Source: a virus
Taxonomy: Duplodnaviria > Caudoviricetes
DNA length: 64,000 nt
Virus record (IMG/VR): IMGVR_UViG_3300042356_001602
Strand: one strand, 5' to 3'
Shown here: one piece after another, positions 1 to 8,181 of the stretch
How the letters are laid out: each line of letters begins with the position of its first letter
Numbering within the stretch: position 1 is the first letter of the stretch
Notes under the pieces: generated by a model
Database searches by the model: none
Seen by the model: the letters and a program-made list of their open reading frames with translations, nothing else
Told to the model about the DNA's origin: nothing
Made by a program: the position numbers and the translations under genes

Positions 1-329
1 CTTCCGATCTCAGCATACAATTCGCTAGCATACTTGCCATCAGATAATTTATTTAAAGCGTTAAAAATTGACCGATTTAAAGATTCAGATTCAAAAATAA
101 AACGGTTTGAAACTTCATAAAATGAAGTAATTACGCCAGTTCTAAGCATGAAGCCACCAGAACCGACTCCTTTGTTCTTAGCATAATCTTTGCTAGATTC
201 GATAAGAGCTTCTAGTTCTTCGTCTTTTCCAAGACTAGTATTTGAAAATACATTATGGAAAGAAGGAGCTTGAGCTTGAGCTGATGGTTCTTGAAAAAGA
301 TCATCATCGTTGTCAGAGTAATGAGACAT
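1..329 (-). CDS. hypothetical protein (partial, runs off window start)
   Basis: Manually translated open frame MSHYSDNDDDLFQEP...ELYAEIG from the ATG at 329; not in the ORF track. Confidence 0.75.
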   Translation of the reverse strand, partial: MSHYSDNDDDLFQEPSAQAQAPSFHNVFSNTSLGKDEELEALIESSKDYAKNKGVGSGGFMLRTGVITSFYEVSNRFIFESESLNRSIFNALNKLSDGKYASELYAEIG

Positions 330-373
330 TAAATATCCAAACTGTAAGTGGTCTATTTTTTTGTGTAAGATTG

Positions 374-450
374 TACGGGCGACGGGAATTGAACCCGCGT
401 GCCACCAACTACCCTTTCTACACTTTATAAGAGTGAGGGGATACGCCCGT
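374..450 (-). tRNA. non-canonical tRNA-like RNA, anticodon-like loop CU-UAU-AA (Ile/AUA)
   Basis: Perfect 7-bp acceptor ACGGGCG/CGCCCGT; T-arm GCGGG-TTCAATT-CCCGT; CACT-CTTATAA-AGTG arm; D-loop-like AGTTGGT lies 3' of the anticodon arm; no encoded CCA. Confidence 0.7.
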
Positions 451-494
451 GTACGAAAACGGAGATGTATCCAAACATATTCGAAAATCTAATT

Positions 495-764
495 TCATTG
501 TGCAGTCTGTTTCTGGGGTTGTTCTTTTACAATTTGGTGCAAAGCTTGTATGCCAAGCTTGGTTATAGTATAACCTTTATCTGACTTTATAGCAAGCTGC
601 TGTCGAACAAGAACATCAAGTGAGCGCATAACAGAACTTAATCTTTTATTATACTTTGTAGGAGATAAAGCCATAAGATCATTTTCGGTAGACCATTTAT
701 GGCCCCTGATTTTAAGATAACACAATGCTACATGAGTAGGTGAATTACGCTTAATGTTAATCAT
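495..764 (-). CDS. winged-helix DNA-binding protein (putative)
   Basis: Start moved to ATG 764 behind GGAGA; helix-helix-helix then beta-hairpin pattern (LAIKSDKGYTITKLG). Confidence 0.55.
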   Translation of the reverse strand: MINIKRNSPTHVALCYLKIRGHKWSTENDLMALSPTKYNKRLSSVMRSLDVLVRQQLAIKSDKGYTITKLGIQALHQIVKEQPQKQTAQ

Positions 765-896
765 TATTTCTCCAATATAATATAAAATAAATTGACAGCA
801 GGCAATGGGGCGATATGGGGCCACTAGTGTCATTACTTTTGGTTAGCAATTCAGTCGGCTTATTTCTGTGTTTTACCACGTAGTAAGTTTGAATTT

Positions 897-1039
897 ACTA
901 GCTGCTATCAAAGCTAGTGATGGCGAACGCTCACGTCCATAAACGTTCACCATCAAATTAATTAACCAGTAGTTACAACGGAAGATATGGGTCCACCCTA
1001 AAATATTGTAATTACGTATCCACTACAGGGCTACTAGTT
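897..1039 (-). ncRNA. candidate structured intergenic RNA
   Basis: Three adjacent stems: 1031-1039/964-972 (9 bp), 944-954/919-929 (11 bp), 912-918/897-903 (7 bp). Confidence 0.3.
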
Positions 1040-1044
1040 AAATC

Positions 1045-1515
1045 TTAGTGGATATTAAATCCACCGCAGTTTTCAAGAAAGACTTGAAATTCTTTCATAA
1101 GATCTAAACTCATATGGTACCAAGCTATATGAGATGAAACTTTTAAAGTTCCATTGCAAGCATTGCACACTTTGGTGAGAATGGTTCCATCTTCTTGATT
1201 CCAGTCACGGTTGCCCGTTCCTTCACAATGTTTGCAGTCTTCCAATGGAATAGCTGCAATAGATGCATAAAAGTCAGTGATATACTGTTCTATGATTCCT
1301 TTTTCTAAGTCTTTTTTTAAAAGCTTAGATAAGGTTAACGAGTCTCTAGCATTTAATCCATCGCCAGAGTTATCATGTGGAGATTCGCATTTGCCACAGA
1401 TAGTAGGGTGAAGGTCATCAAGACATGCCCATAAAGGATGCCAGTACCAAACATTGGCACGAAAATATTCGCCCTGTTCGTTCTTTGGCTTTCTGCCATA
1501 AACGTCCATTCCCAT
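1045..1515 (-). CDS. hypothetical phage protein with DnaJ-type Zn-finger repeats
   Basis: CKHCEGTG and CNACNGT motifs. Confidence 0.7.
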   Translation of the reverse strand: MGMDVYGRKPKNEQGEYFRANVWYWHPLWACLDDLHPTICGKCESPHDNSGDGLNARDSLTLSKLLKKDLEKGIIEQYITDFYASIAAIPLEDCKHCEGTGNRDWNQEDGTILTKVCNACNGTLKVSSHIAWYHMSLDLMKEFQVFLENCGGFNIH

Positions 1516-1517
1516 GT

Positions 1518-1781
1518 TTAGTCTCCTATTAGCTTAGTGTACACTTCACCATTCTCTTGTATTTTTGTATCTTCATACGGTGCTGCAATACGACGGTAAA
1601 GTTCTAATTTTGCACACTCTAAAGCTCCAATAACTTCGTTAATGGTAGAATATGATTTACCCTTCTTATCAATAAAGTGATTAATAAGGGTAGAGATGTA
1701 ATAATTTAATTCGCCGGCATTGACTATAGCTTCAGGGCTAAGCAATATCTCGGCTCTTAATTCAGGTTTAATGTAAGGCAT
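1518..1781 (-). CDS. conserved phage hypothetical protein (DUF6899-like)
   Basis: MPYIK...GELNY...GALECAKLELYRR..PYED.KI..NG motif; start moved to MPYIK. Confidence 0.65.
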   Translation of the reverse strand: MPYIKPELRAEILLSPEAIVNAGELNYYISTLINHFIDKKGKSYSTINEVIGALECAKLELYRRIAAPYEDTKIQENGEVYTKLIGD

Positions 1782-1783
1782 AA

Positions 1784-2044
1784 TTAATAATCCTTTTCTT
1801 GTTCGCCAAAGACTTGATTCCAACATGCTGGGTGAGTTCCAGAAATCATCCATTCTCTAGTCTCTTTATCAAGCTGTGGAAATACGTCTTGAACATAAAG
1901 CCCACGAACTTTCCATTTGTTATATTGTTCTTTAGTCATTAAAAAGAATGTTTCACCTTCACAATGAATGCATACTGTATGAACATTTTCAGGACAATAA
2001 GAGTTTTCATCTTCTGCAACACGATAATAAATAACGTTAGTCAT
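1784..2044 (-). CDS. hypothetical protein, putative Zn-binding
   Basis: MTNVIYYR start overlaps the upstream stop; CxxC plus ISGTHPACW. Confidence 0.65.
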   Translation of the reverse strand: MTNVIYYRVAEDENSYCPENVHTVCIHCEGETFFLMTKEQYNKWKVRGLYVQDVFPQLDKETREWMISGTHPACWNQVFGEQEKDY

Positions 2045-2198
2045 AGGTTTCCTGTTCAGGGTAATACCAATTGTTGGTAGAAGTAGGAGCAATTTTAGAA
2101 GCAACATAAAAAATAAATATTGCAAAGAATTGCATGAAAAGAGATTCAGTTAATACTATATAGAATAACCAAATATACATAAAAATAGTTTTAAACAT
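2037..2198 (-). CDS. small membrane protein (53 aa)
   Basis: Manual translation MFKTIFMYIWLFYIVL...EQETYD; the ATG coincides with position 76 of the upstream tRNA. Confidence 0.6.
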   Translation of the reverse strand: MFKTIFMYIWLFYIVLTESLFMQFFAIFIFYVASKIAPTSTNNWYYPEQETYD

Positions 2199-2200
2199 AG

Positions 2201-2274
2201 TGGGCCCTCTGGGGCTCGAACCCAGGACACACGGATTATGAGTCCGATGCTCTAACCGACTGAGCTAAAGGCCC
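2201..2274 (-). tRNA. tRNA anticodon CAT (Ile2 or elongator Met)
   Basis: Full cloverleaf GGGCCTT...CTCATAA...TTCGAGC...AGGGCCC-A; no encoded CCA. Confidence 0.92.
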
Positions 2275-2435
2275 GTAAGACAGTTGTGAATGCTTAAATG
2301 GAAGGATAAGCATATTGGTATCACTTTGTGGACGGGCCAGTTGTAAACAAGTGGTGATCCGTAGCAATGGGGACTGTAAGCTCCCATAGATTAAAATGAT
2401 TGCATGTCACTGCATAACATTAATCAAATAAAATA

Positions 2436-2636
2436 TTAAAGCTTTCCAGCTCCTGGAATATACATATTGATCTTAGCGGATTCAAACATAACTGAAGGTT
2501 GATCATCTCTATCGTATTCAGCGCCAATTGACAATAGCTCAGTTAGCTCTTCTTTTAGTAGAGTAACTGCTAGGATGTCATCTTGAAATTCGCCAGGAAT
2601 ATCGGCATGGATTTCAACAATTAATTTAACTTTCAT
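2436..2636 (-). CDS. hypothetical protein
   Basis: ORF track; co-oriented and tightly packed. Confidence 0.6.
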   Translation of the reverse strand: MKVKLIVEIHADIPGEFQDDILAVTLLKEELTELLSIGAEYDRDDQPSVMFESAKINMYIPGAGKL

Positions 2637-2790
2637 GAGTTGGTGTAGCCTCTTCTGTAAGTAGTAAGTATAGACGAATGTCTAATAGCAGGTCTGTCAT
2701 TTCAGATGACGAGACAAGCTGTTGACCAGAAATGTCTCCAATAGCTTTATCAACCATTTGGATAGCATTGTTTTTTGGATTAATAGTCAT
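2626..2790 (-). CDS. hypothetical protein (54 aa)
   Basis: Manual translation MTINPKNNAIQMVDKAIG...; overlaps both neighbours. Confidence 0.6.
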   Translation of the reverse strand: MTINPKNNAIQMVDKAIGDISGQQLVSSSEMTDLLLDIRLYLLLTEEATPTHES

Positions 2791-3068
2791 TACGCTTCCC
2801 CTCCACGTTTTTTATATATAGTAACTGCTTTTTCTAAGGTGGTGCAGTAATCACCATTCGATGCTTCAAAGCCTTGAGGTATAGCCACAACGCTCCATAC
2901 TACGTATGGATGAAGCTCGTTCTCTTTATGACAAATAGTTATCCAATGAGCATAACTATCGTCAGGAATCCTATCAGCTTTTTTAGTAGCTGTTATAACC
3001 GTCCTATTGGTGGTGCCTACAACATCGCCAATATGAAGTTCGTTTAGTAAATTTAATTCATTTGTCAT
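2790..3068 (-). CDS. hypothetical protein
   Basis: Start moved to ATG 3068, directly after tRNA-Lys; the track start lies inside the tRNA. Confidence 0.7.
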   Translation of the reverse strand: MTNELNLLNELHIGDVVGTTNRTVITATKKADRIPDDSYAHWITICHKENELHPYVVWSVVAIPQGFEASNGDYCTTLEKAVTIYKKRGGEA

Positions 3069-3070
3069 AG

Positions 3071-3143
3071 TACGCCCTCCGGGGCTCGAACCCGGGACAC
3101 ACGGATTAAAAGTCCGATGCTCTACCAACTGAGCTAAAGGCGC
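3071..3143 (-). tRNA. tRNA-Lys(TTT)
   Basis: Full cloverleaf GCGCCTT...CTTTTAA...AGGGCGT-A. Confidence 0.93.
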
Positions 3144-3153
3144 GTGATGTCAT

Positions 3154-3366
3154 CTATGGATAGATGTCATCAATGGTAGTGGGTTCAACTATGTCTAGTG
3201 TTTGTAAAACTTGTTTAAGCTTTTTACTTTTTTTAATTTTATAACCAGCTGCATTAAGATCTTGAATAATTTTTTCTGGAATACCATGCCAGATTACAAT
3301 ACCAGAAGCAGTTAAAGAATGAGCAATAATATCAAGCTTATGTTTTTTGTGAAGTTTAAATATCAT
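3154..3366 (-). CDS. hypothetical protein
   Basis: ORF track. Confidence 0.6.
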   Translation of the reverse strand: MIFKLHKKHKLDIIAHSLTASGIVIWHGIPEKIIQDLNAAGYKIKKSKKLKQVLQTLDIVEPTTIDDIYP

Positions 3367-3400
3367 TAATTAATCCTTATGTCTATATGTATAATAACAA

Positions 3401-3601
3401 TTATACAACGCGAACGTTGATTGCTTCAGGACCTTTACGTCCTTCGCCAATATCGAATTGAACACTTTGACCTGTAGTCAATGCAGGCTGGGCAGCTTGT
3501 TCAACATTAGAAGTATGAACAAAGATGTCTCCATCTGTGTCTGTAGAAATAAAGCCAAAGCCTTTTTCTTCATTGAAAAATTTTACAATACCTGTAGGCA
3601 T
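3401..3601 (-). CDS. cspA: cold-shock domain protein
   Basis: GIVKFFNEEKGFGFI (RNP1) and DIFVHTS (RNP2). Confidence 0.95.
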   Translation of the reverse strand: MPTGIVKFFNEEKGFGFISTDTDGDIFVHTSNVEQAAQPALTTGQSVQFDIGEGRKGPEAINVRVV

Positions 3602-3851
3602 TAGTACTCGTTTCTATTATATTTTTTGTTTAATGGATTCCATAATAAATTATGGTTTCCATAGTTTTTCTACTATAAAAGTTAAAACACCTGCAATAAC
3701 TAATATGATTAGTATATCTTTCATTCGTAATAACCTTGATTTCTAGTAGAGATTCCATAAGGAGTTTGATGGATTTTGTTATAGGATTTATAACGTTGTC
3801 TAGCTGTACGCTTAAACCTAATCCTATTAATTAAATGTTGAATAGAGTAAA

Positions 3852-4139
3852 TCATATTCCATCCTTATTGATAATTCTTTTAGGTTTTCTTTTGGCATTG
3901 CCATAAGGAAAATAACCTAGTTTTACACGTTGTTCTTCTGTTTCGCCACCCCATATGCCGTACTCAAGGTTGTCACGAGCATAAGCTCTGCACTGAGTGG
4001 CTACTGGGCATTGAGAACAAATGGTCAAAGCTTTTGCTTCTCGTTTAACTCTAGCTTGAGGGCGTTCGTTATAAAGCGGAAAGAATAAATCAGTTTGATT
4101 TTTACATGCCGCTGCATCGAACCATGAAGGGTGATACAT
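3852..4139 (-). CDS. whiB: WhiB-family transcription factor
   Basis: Four Cys (C..LFFP...CSQCPVATQC) and GIWGGETEEQR. Confidence 0.93.
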   Translation of the reverse strand: MYHPSWFDAAACKNQTDLFFPLYNERPQARVKREAKALTICSQCPVATQCRAYARDNLEYGIWGGETEEQRVKLGYFPYGNAKRKPKRIINKDGI

Positions 4140-4182
4140 TTAAATCCTTAAAAGGTACTAATTTGATATAAAGGTCACTTAA

Positions 4183-4473
4183 TTAAAGAGGCCAGTGTTT
4201 TGAATCTGCCTTAGGATCTAATGCAGGTATTATATTGCATGATAGATTATGCTTTTCTTGAGTTGAATCAACCCAAGCTTTTGCTTGTTCTAAGGTAGCG
4301 AATGGACCCCATGATACAACATGGGTGTATCCATGATACTGGGCAAAGTAAGTATACTTAGGTAGATCATCTTGTTGCAAAACAGAATTATACCATTCCA
4401 TTTTTGACATATTAACATCTATATCTTCTAGAATAGATATAGTTTTAAGTGCGTTTCTAATTTTTTTAAACAT
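4183..4473 (-). CDS. hypothetical protein
   Basis: ORF track. Confidence 0.65.
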   Translation of the reverse strand: MFKKIRNALKTISILEDIDVNMSKMEWYNSVLQQDDLPKYTYFAQYHGYTHVVSWGPFATLEQAKAWVDSTQEKHNLSCNIIPALDPKADSKHWPL

Positions 4474-4476
4474 GGG

Positions 4477-4761
4477 TTAATCCTGACCAAAGTTAACGTG
4501 TACAACATTGTTTACGTCATTAGTTTTAGGGGTGTACAAGAGTACTTTAGCCAAAGCTTGAGAATAACCCTTAAATGCTGGATGATCATCTGGAATTTCA
4601 TCTCCGTACTCTGCACGATGAATGTAAAGAACACGTCCATCTTCAAAGTGGAAATCTAAACGATATCCAGAATCAGAAGTAAAAGCTTCCAAAGCATCTT
4701 CGATATTTAAATGATCAGCAGTTAAGCCATCATTTGAACGAGTTGAGTAAGTAATAAACAT
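4477..4761 (-). CDS. hypothetical protein
   Basis: Start moved to ATG 4761 (TAATG coupling with the upstream gene). Confidence 0.65.
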   Translation of the reverse strand: MFITYSTRSNDGLTADHLNIEDALEAFTSDSGYRLDFHFEDGRVLYIHRAEYGDEIPDDHPAFKGYSQALAKVLLYTPKTNDVNNVVHVNFGQD

Positions 4762-4964
4762 TATAGATACTTCCATTTATCAATTGCAGGGATGAGGCCT
4801 AAAATAGAACCATCATCCCATTTTGCAAATACAGTTCCGTTAGAATCTACCGCAGTTACTGTTCCCTGAGAGCCAGGGACAAGATTAGTGTATCTGTCGG
4901 TGCAAGTAATTATTTCTATACGTCTACCTAATAGGTGAGACATGTCATATTTGGATTTTGTCAT
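4761..4964 (-). CDS. DUF4314-like SH3-barrel protein
   Basis: G.RIE.....D.Y..LVPG..GTV..VD..GT.FAKWDDGS.LGLIP..D; start at ATG 4964 directly after tRNA-Asn. Confidence 0.75.
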   Translation of the reverse strand: MTKSKYDMSHLLGRRIEIITCTDRYTNLVPGSQGTVTAVDSNGTVFAKWDDGSILGLIPAIDKWKYL

Positions 4965-4966
4965 AG

Positions 4967-5039
4967 CTCCCAGAGTAGGGCTCGAACCTACGACCAACGG
5001 ATTAACAGTCCGTAGCTCTGCCAACTGAGCTATCTGGGA
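4967..5039 (-). tRNA. tRNA-Asn(GTT)
   Basis: Full cloverleaf TCCCAGA...CTGTTAA...TCTGGGA-G. Confidence 0.93.
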
Positions 5040-5044
5040 TTAGA

Positions 5045-5305
5045 TTAAATTATTACTTCAAGTGAAGAATCGTAATTTTGCAACTGAGGGTTATCAAGAA
5101 GTTGAATAGCAAATAACGGAGTAACGTCGTGACTATCAAAATCTGTTTCAGTGTTAGCAAATGACAAAGTCAAATTAGCTTCATGAAGAGATAATAAAAG
5201 CTCTCTAAGGTCAAGGCCTATAGGTCTAAGATTATCAATTAAGCGATGAGCTATAAGAATAAGATCTTGAGCTTCTTGACGTGTTGGTTGTATTTTTGTT
5301 TTCAT
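5045..5305 (-). CDS. hypothetical protein
   Basis: ORF track; AAGGA ribosome-binding site upstream. Confidence 0.65.
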   Translation of the reverse strand: MKTKIQPTRQEAQDLILIAHRLIDNLRPIGLDLRELLLSLHEANLTLSFANTETDFDSHDVTPLFAIQLLDNPQLQNYDSSLEVII

Positions 5306-5328
5306 GTTTTCCTTTATTGGTGGTTATT

Positions 5329-5631
5329 TTACCAACCGCAACGTGAAAATATAATTGCAGTTGATAATACATATATGAGCAAAAGTGTTTCATATCTATA
5401 GCGAGAATACACTCTTGCAGAACGTATGCCCTTGCGATAAAGAGCATCTTGTTTTCTGGCTAGATTATATTCATCTACACGATATGGATAAGTGAAGAAG
5501 TGATGATCTTCAATTGTCTTGTGATGTTTAATACCGTAATCAAATCCATCAGTAAATGGTCTGATTTTTGGAATTAAATTGTTAATAAACTTTTTCATAA
5601 GTATGTTTATTTCCTTAAAATAATTTGTCAT
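5329..5631 (-). CDS. hypothetical protein with C-terminal TM segment
   Basis: ORF track; hydrophobic C-terminus. Confidence 0.6.
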   Translation of the reverse strand: MTNYFKEINILMKKFINNLIPKIRPFTDGFDYGIKHHKTIEDHHFFTYPYRVDEYNLARKQDALYRKGIRSARVYSRYRYETLLLIYVLSTAIIFSRCGW

Positions 5632-5649
5632 GCTTATTACAGCAGACAG

Positions 5650-5733
5650 TACCCGAGACCGGACTTGAACCGGTAAGAGGTTGCCCTCCGGGGGGTTTAA
5701 GCCCCCTGCGTCTGCCTATTCCGCCACTCGGGT
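5650..5733 (-). tRNA. tRNA-Leu(TAA)
   Basis: ACCCGAG acceptor, GGCGGAATAGGCAGACGC D-arm, CTTAAAC loop, long variable arm. Confidence 0.93.
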
Positions 5734-5743
5734 GAATGGTAAA

Positions 5744-5911
5744 CTAGGTGTTTTGAGTTTTGCCAATGATGGCATCTTTAAGACAGGCTATGCATAAGAG
5801 TTTATCCATTAAAACAGATTTGTTAACATCATTAGATATTGATCCGCAAGATGAACATTTCTTTTTAAGATTAAAGTTTTGATTTAATGAGTTCTTCTGA
5901 GGGTTCTTCAT
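5744..5911 (-). CDS. small Zn-finger protein
   Basis: CSSC...CIAC; start uncertain, overlaps the upstream ORF. Confidence 0.45.
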   Translation of the reverse strand: MKNPQKNSLNQNFNLKKKCSSCGSISNDVNKSVLMDKLLCIACLKDAIIGKTQNT

Positions 5912-6158
5912 TAGATGTATACTCCTGATAGTCAATGCTTCCTTGTTCTGTCATACCAGAATTAGTAAGTATGTGATGCATGCCAGCAAAGTAACCTGAA
6001 ATGTGTTCTATTTCAGGCTTGCTGATTTTTGCGTCACCATATTCTACGAAGGTAGCATTGTCTCCAAGCATGTTTTCAACAAGCTTAATGAGTTTAATAG
6101 TTGTAGTGAGATTAGATAAATCTTCAGGAGAAGATGTTATCATCATTGCCATTGTCAT
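5871..6158 (-). CDS. hypothetical protein
   Basis: ORF track; AAAGGAAG ribosome-binding site. Confidence 0.65.
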   Translation of the reverse strand: MTMAMMITSSPEDLSNLTTTIKLIKLVENMLGDNATFVEYGDAKISKPEIEHISGYFAGMHHILTNSGMTEQGSIDYQEYTSNEEPSEELIKSKL

Positions 6159-6198
6159 AATATCTTCCTTTCTTGGGTAAGAATGTTATTGTTTTTTT

Positions 6199-6549
6199 TT
6201 ATCTATAGAATATATTTAATATAGAATCAATTATTTCTTGAGACACAGATTGTGAATCTTCGCCTACAACTAAAGCATCACCATAAATTGTAGAGTCTTG
6301 ATATATATTAGTATAAGTTCTATAAAGAACAGTTGCATCATGATTAACTTTAGGGTAAATCCCAAAGTTACTATATGATAGAATAATGAATACTTGATCA
6401 GTAATCTTTATTTTGTATGTAGGTTGATTTTGAAAAATGTAATCGATAACTTTATCGTATGCTTCCAATATAATGCAAGCACTTCCTTGATAAGGAATAT
6501 ATAAAGTTTCTATTTTGTTTTCAAGATCAAGCTCTTTTAAAAGAGTCAA
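6199..6549 (-). CDS. hypothetical protein (DUF3846-like C-terminal motif)
   Basis: N..AT.LY......D.TIYGDALVVG motif; TTG start after the S8 stop is inferred. Confidence 0.55.
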   Translation of the reverse strand: MTLLKELDLENKIETLYIPYQGSACIILEAYDKVIDYIFQNQPTYKIKITDQVFIILSYSNFGIYPKVNHDATVLYRTYTNIYQDSTIYGDALVVGEDSQSVSQEIIDSILNIFYR

Positions 6550-6550
6550 A

Positions 6551-8107
6551 CTATTTTCCTTTAAATATAGATTTGATAGTTGATGAAGAAATTTTGTTTC
6601 TAGGATATATGTTTTGATTAGAAGTGTAAGATGATGTAGAACCATCATAAGATACAGATCTCATAGCACAGTATGAAATATTCTTAGCTGGAACTTTTAA
6701 TCTGTAAACGTTCCATCCATAAGAAGCGCTACGAGGAATCATATATTCAGTAGATCCATTGCACTTTAATGTATAATAAGAAACATTTTTAAAGTTTACA
6801 TATGGATCTCTATAATAGATTTGAACATAGGTTTTAAATTTACCATCAACTTCATGTAAGTTGGGGGTAGATACTCGTTTAGGTGTAGTTCCAGGAATTG
6901 TTGTAGTGACTACAGGAAATGTAGTAGTAGTAACAATTGGGGCTACAGTGGTGGTAGTAACAGGTGCTGGAACAGTAGTTGAAACAACTGGAACTGTAGT
7001 GGTAGTCACTACAGGAATAGTAGTGGTTGCTACGGGAACTGTTGTAGTAGTTACAGGAACTACTGTAGTTGTGGTTGTGGGAGTAGTAGGAGTATCTGTT
7101 GCAAATAGATGAGCAAAGTCTAAGCGAGGAATTGTTATGCGAGCATAAGAATCGTAAGCAGTTTTAGTTGTAGATTTAAAATCAGAAACAACTTTAAAAA
7201 CAGATTGAATTCCAAACTTAGATCTGTAAACAGCAAATGCTCCAACTACAAATGGTGTTGCCATTGAAGTTCCAGAAGCTGTTCCATAAATAGCTCCAGT
7301 TTTTGAAGAGTTAATAACATAACCGGGAGCAGCTATTGTAGTATATTTACTTATATTTGAAAAATTAGTAATAGTACTTGTACCAGTGTACATAGCAGCT
7401 ACAGAAACTGAAGAAGAAATGCATGCAGGAACGCTCATTCCGTGGGAATAGTTATTACCAGCAGCAATTACTGTAGCTATATTTTTATCTCTAAGATTTT
7501 CAATAGCAGTTGTCATTGAAGGAATGTAATCATCACAAGTAGTTAAATATGTAGTGTTTCCCCCAAGAGACATATTGATTGCAGCAATATTGTAAGTATT
7601 TGAAATTGATAAAACCCAATTTAAAGCACGAGTGATATCATCGTCATATGCTGCTCCAGTAGAATCAAACACATTGATAGCAATAATATTAGATTCAGGG
7701 GCTACACCATAAAAAGAAGAATTGTATCCAGCTACAATTCCGGCAACATGAGTGCCGTGCCAGTGAACTGGCTTAGCTGCTCCTGGGCCAATCTGTTGAT
7801 TTTTGCCATTAGGACATAAGGCAGCAAAACAGGCTTCTAAAGAAACTCTGTTTTGAAAGAATGGATGAGATACTTCTACTCCTGTATCTATGATAACAGT
7901 ATAGACTCCTTGACCACGATATTGTGATTCAAAGGGAATGTTTCCAGAGATAAAGGGTATTGAGGTATTTAAAGTATGTTTAAATTTAACCCGAGAAGTT
8001 GCAGGAGCAACATCGTAGATATTGTATTGAGCTTGTGCTGGACTGTATATAAATATACTAGAAATTAAAGCAGCAGAAAGCACAAAATGCTTTAGCTTAA
8101 AGGACAT
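6551..8107 (-). CDS. secreted subtilisin-family (S8) serine protease with Pro/Thr/Val linker and C-terminal beta domain
   Basis: Signal peptide; catalytic triad IIDTG / HGTHVAG / GTSMATP; PVTTTT repeats. Confidence 0.92.
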   Translation of the reverse strand: MSFKLKHFVLSAALISSIFIYSPAQAQYNIYDVAPATSRVKFKHTLNTSIPFISGNIPFESQYRGQGVYTVIIDTGVEVSHPFFQNRVSLEACFAALCPNGKNQQIGPGAAKPVHWHGTHVAGIVAGYNSSFYGVAPESNIIAINVFDSTGAAYDDDITRALNWVLSISNTYNIAAINMSLGGNTTYLTTCDDYIPSMTTAIENLRDKNIATVIAAGNNYSHGMSVPACISSSVSVAAMYTGTSTITNFSNISKYTTIAAPGYVINSSKTGAIYGTASGTSMATPFVVGAFAVYRSKFGIQSVFKVVSDFKSTTKTAYDSYARITIPRLDFAHLFATDTPTTPTTTTTVVPVTTTTVPVATTTIPVVTTTTVPVVSTTVPAPVTTTTVAPIVTTTTFPVVTTTIPGTTPKRVSTPNLHEVDGKFKTYVQIYYRDPYVNFKNVSYYTLKCNGSTEYMIPRSASYGWNVYRLKVPAKNISYCAMRSVSYDGSTSSYTSNQNIYPRNKISSSTIKSIFKGK

Positions 8108-8181
8108 GATTTTTCCATTTCATATAAGTTATATAAATAGATAATAATTAATAAATATCTTTTTTTTGTATTTACTAAAGA

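Noticed and set aside
2280-2435. Spaced CCA motifs and small hairpins upstream of tRNA-CAT as a guide array or tRNA remnant
   Set aside because: The spacing is irregular, with no repeated unit and no T-arm.
2790-5024. Track ORF starts at 3128 and 5024
   Set aside because: Those N-termini are translations of tRNA genes; the credible starts are ATG 3068 and ATG 4964.
6860-7100. Tandem repeats that might be a CRISPR array
   Set aside because: They are in-frame Pro/Thr/Val codon repeats within the S8 protease linker; no CRISPR array was found anywhere in the window.
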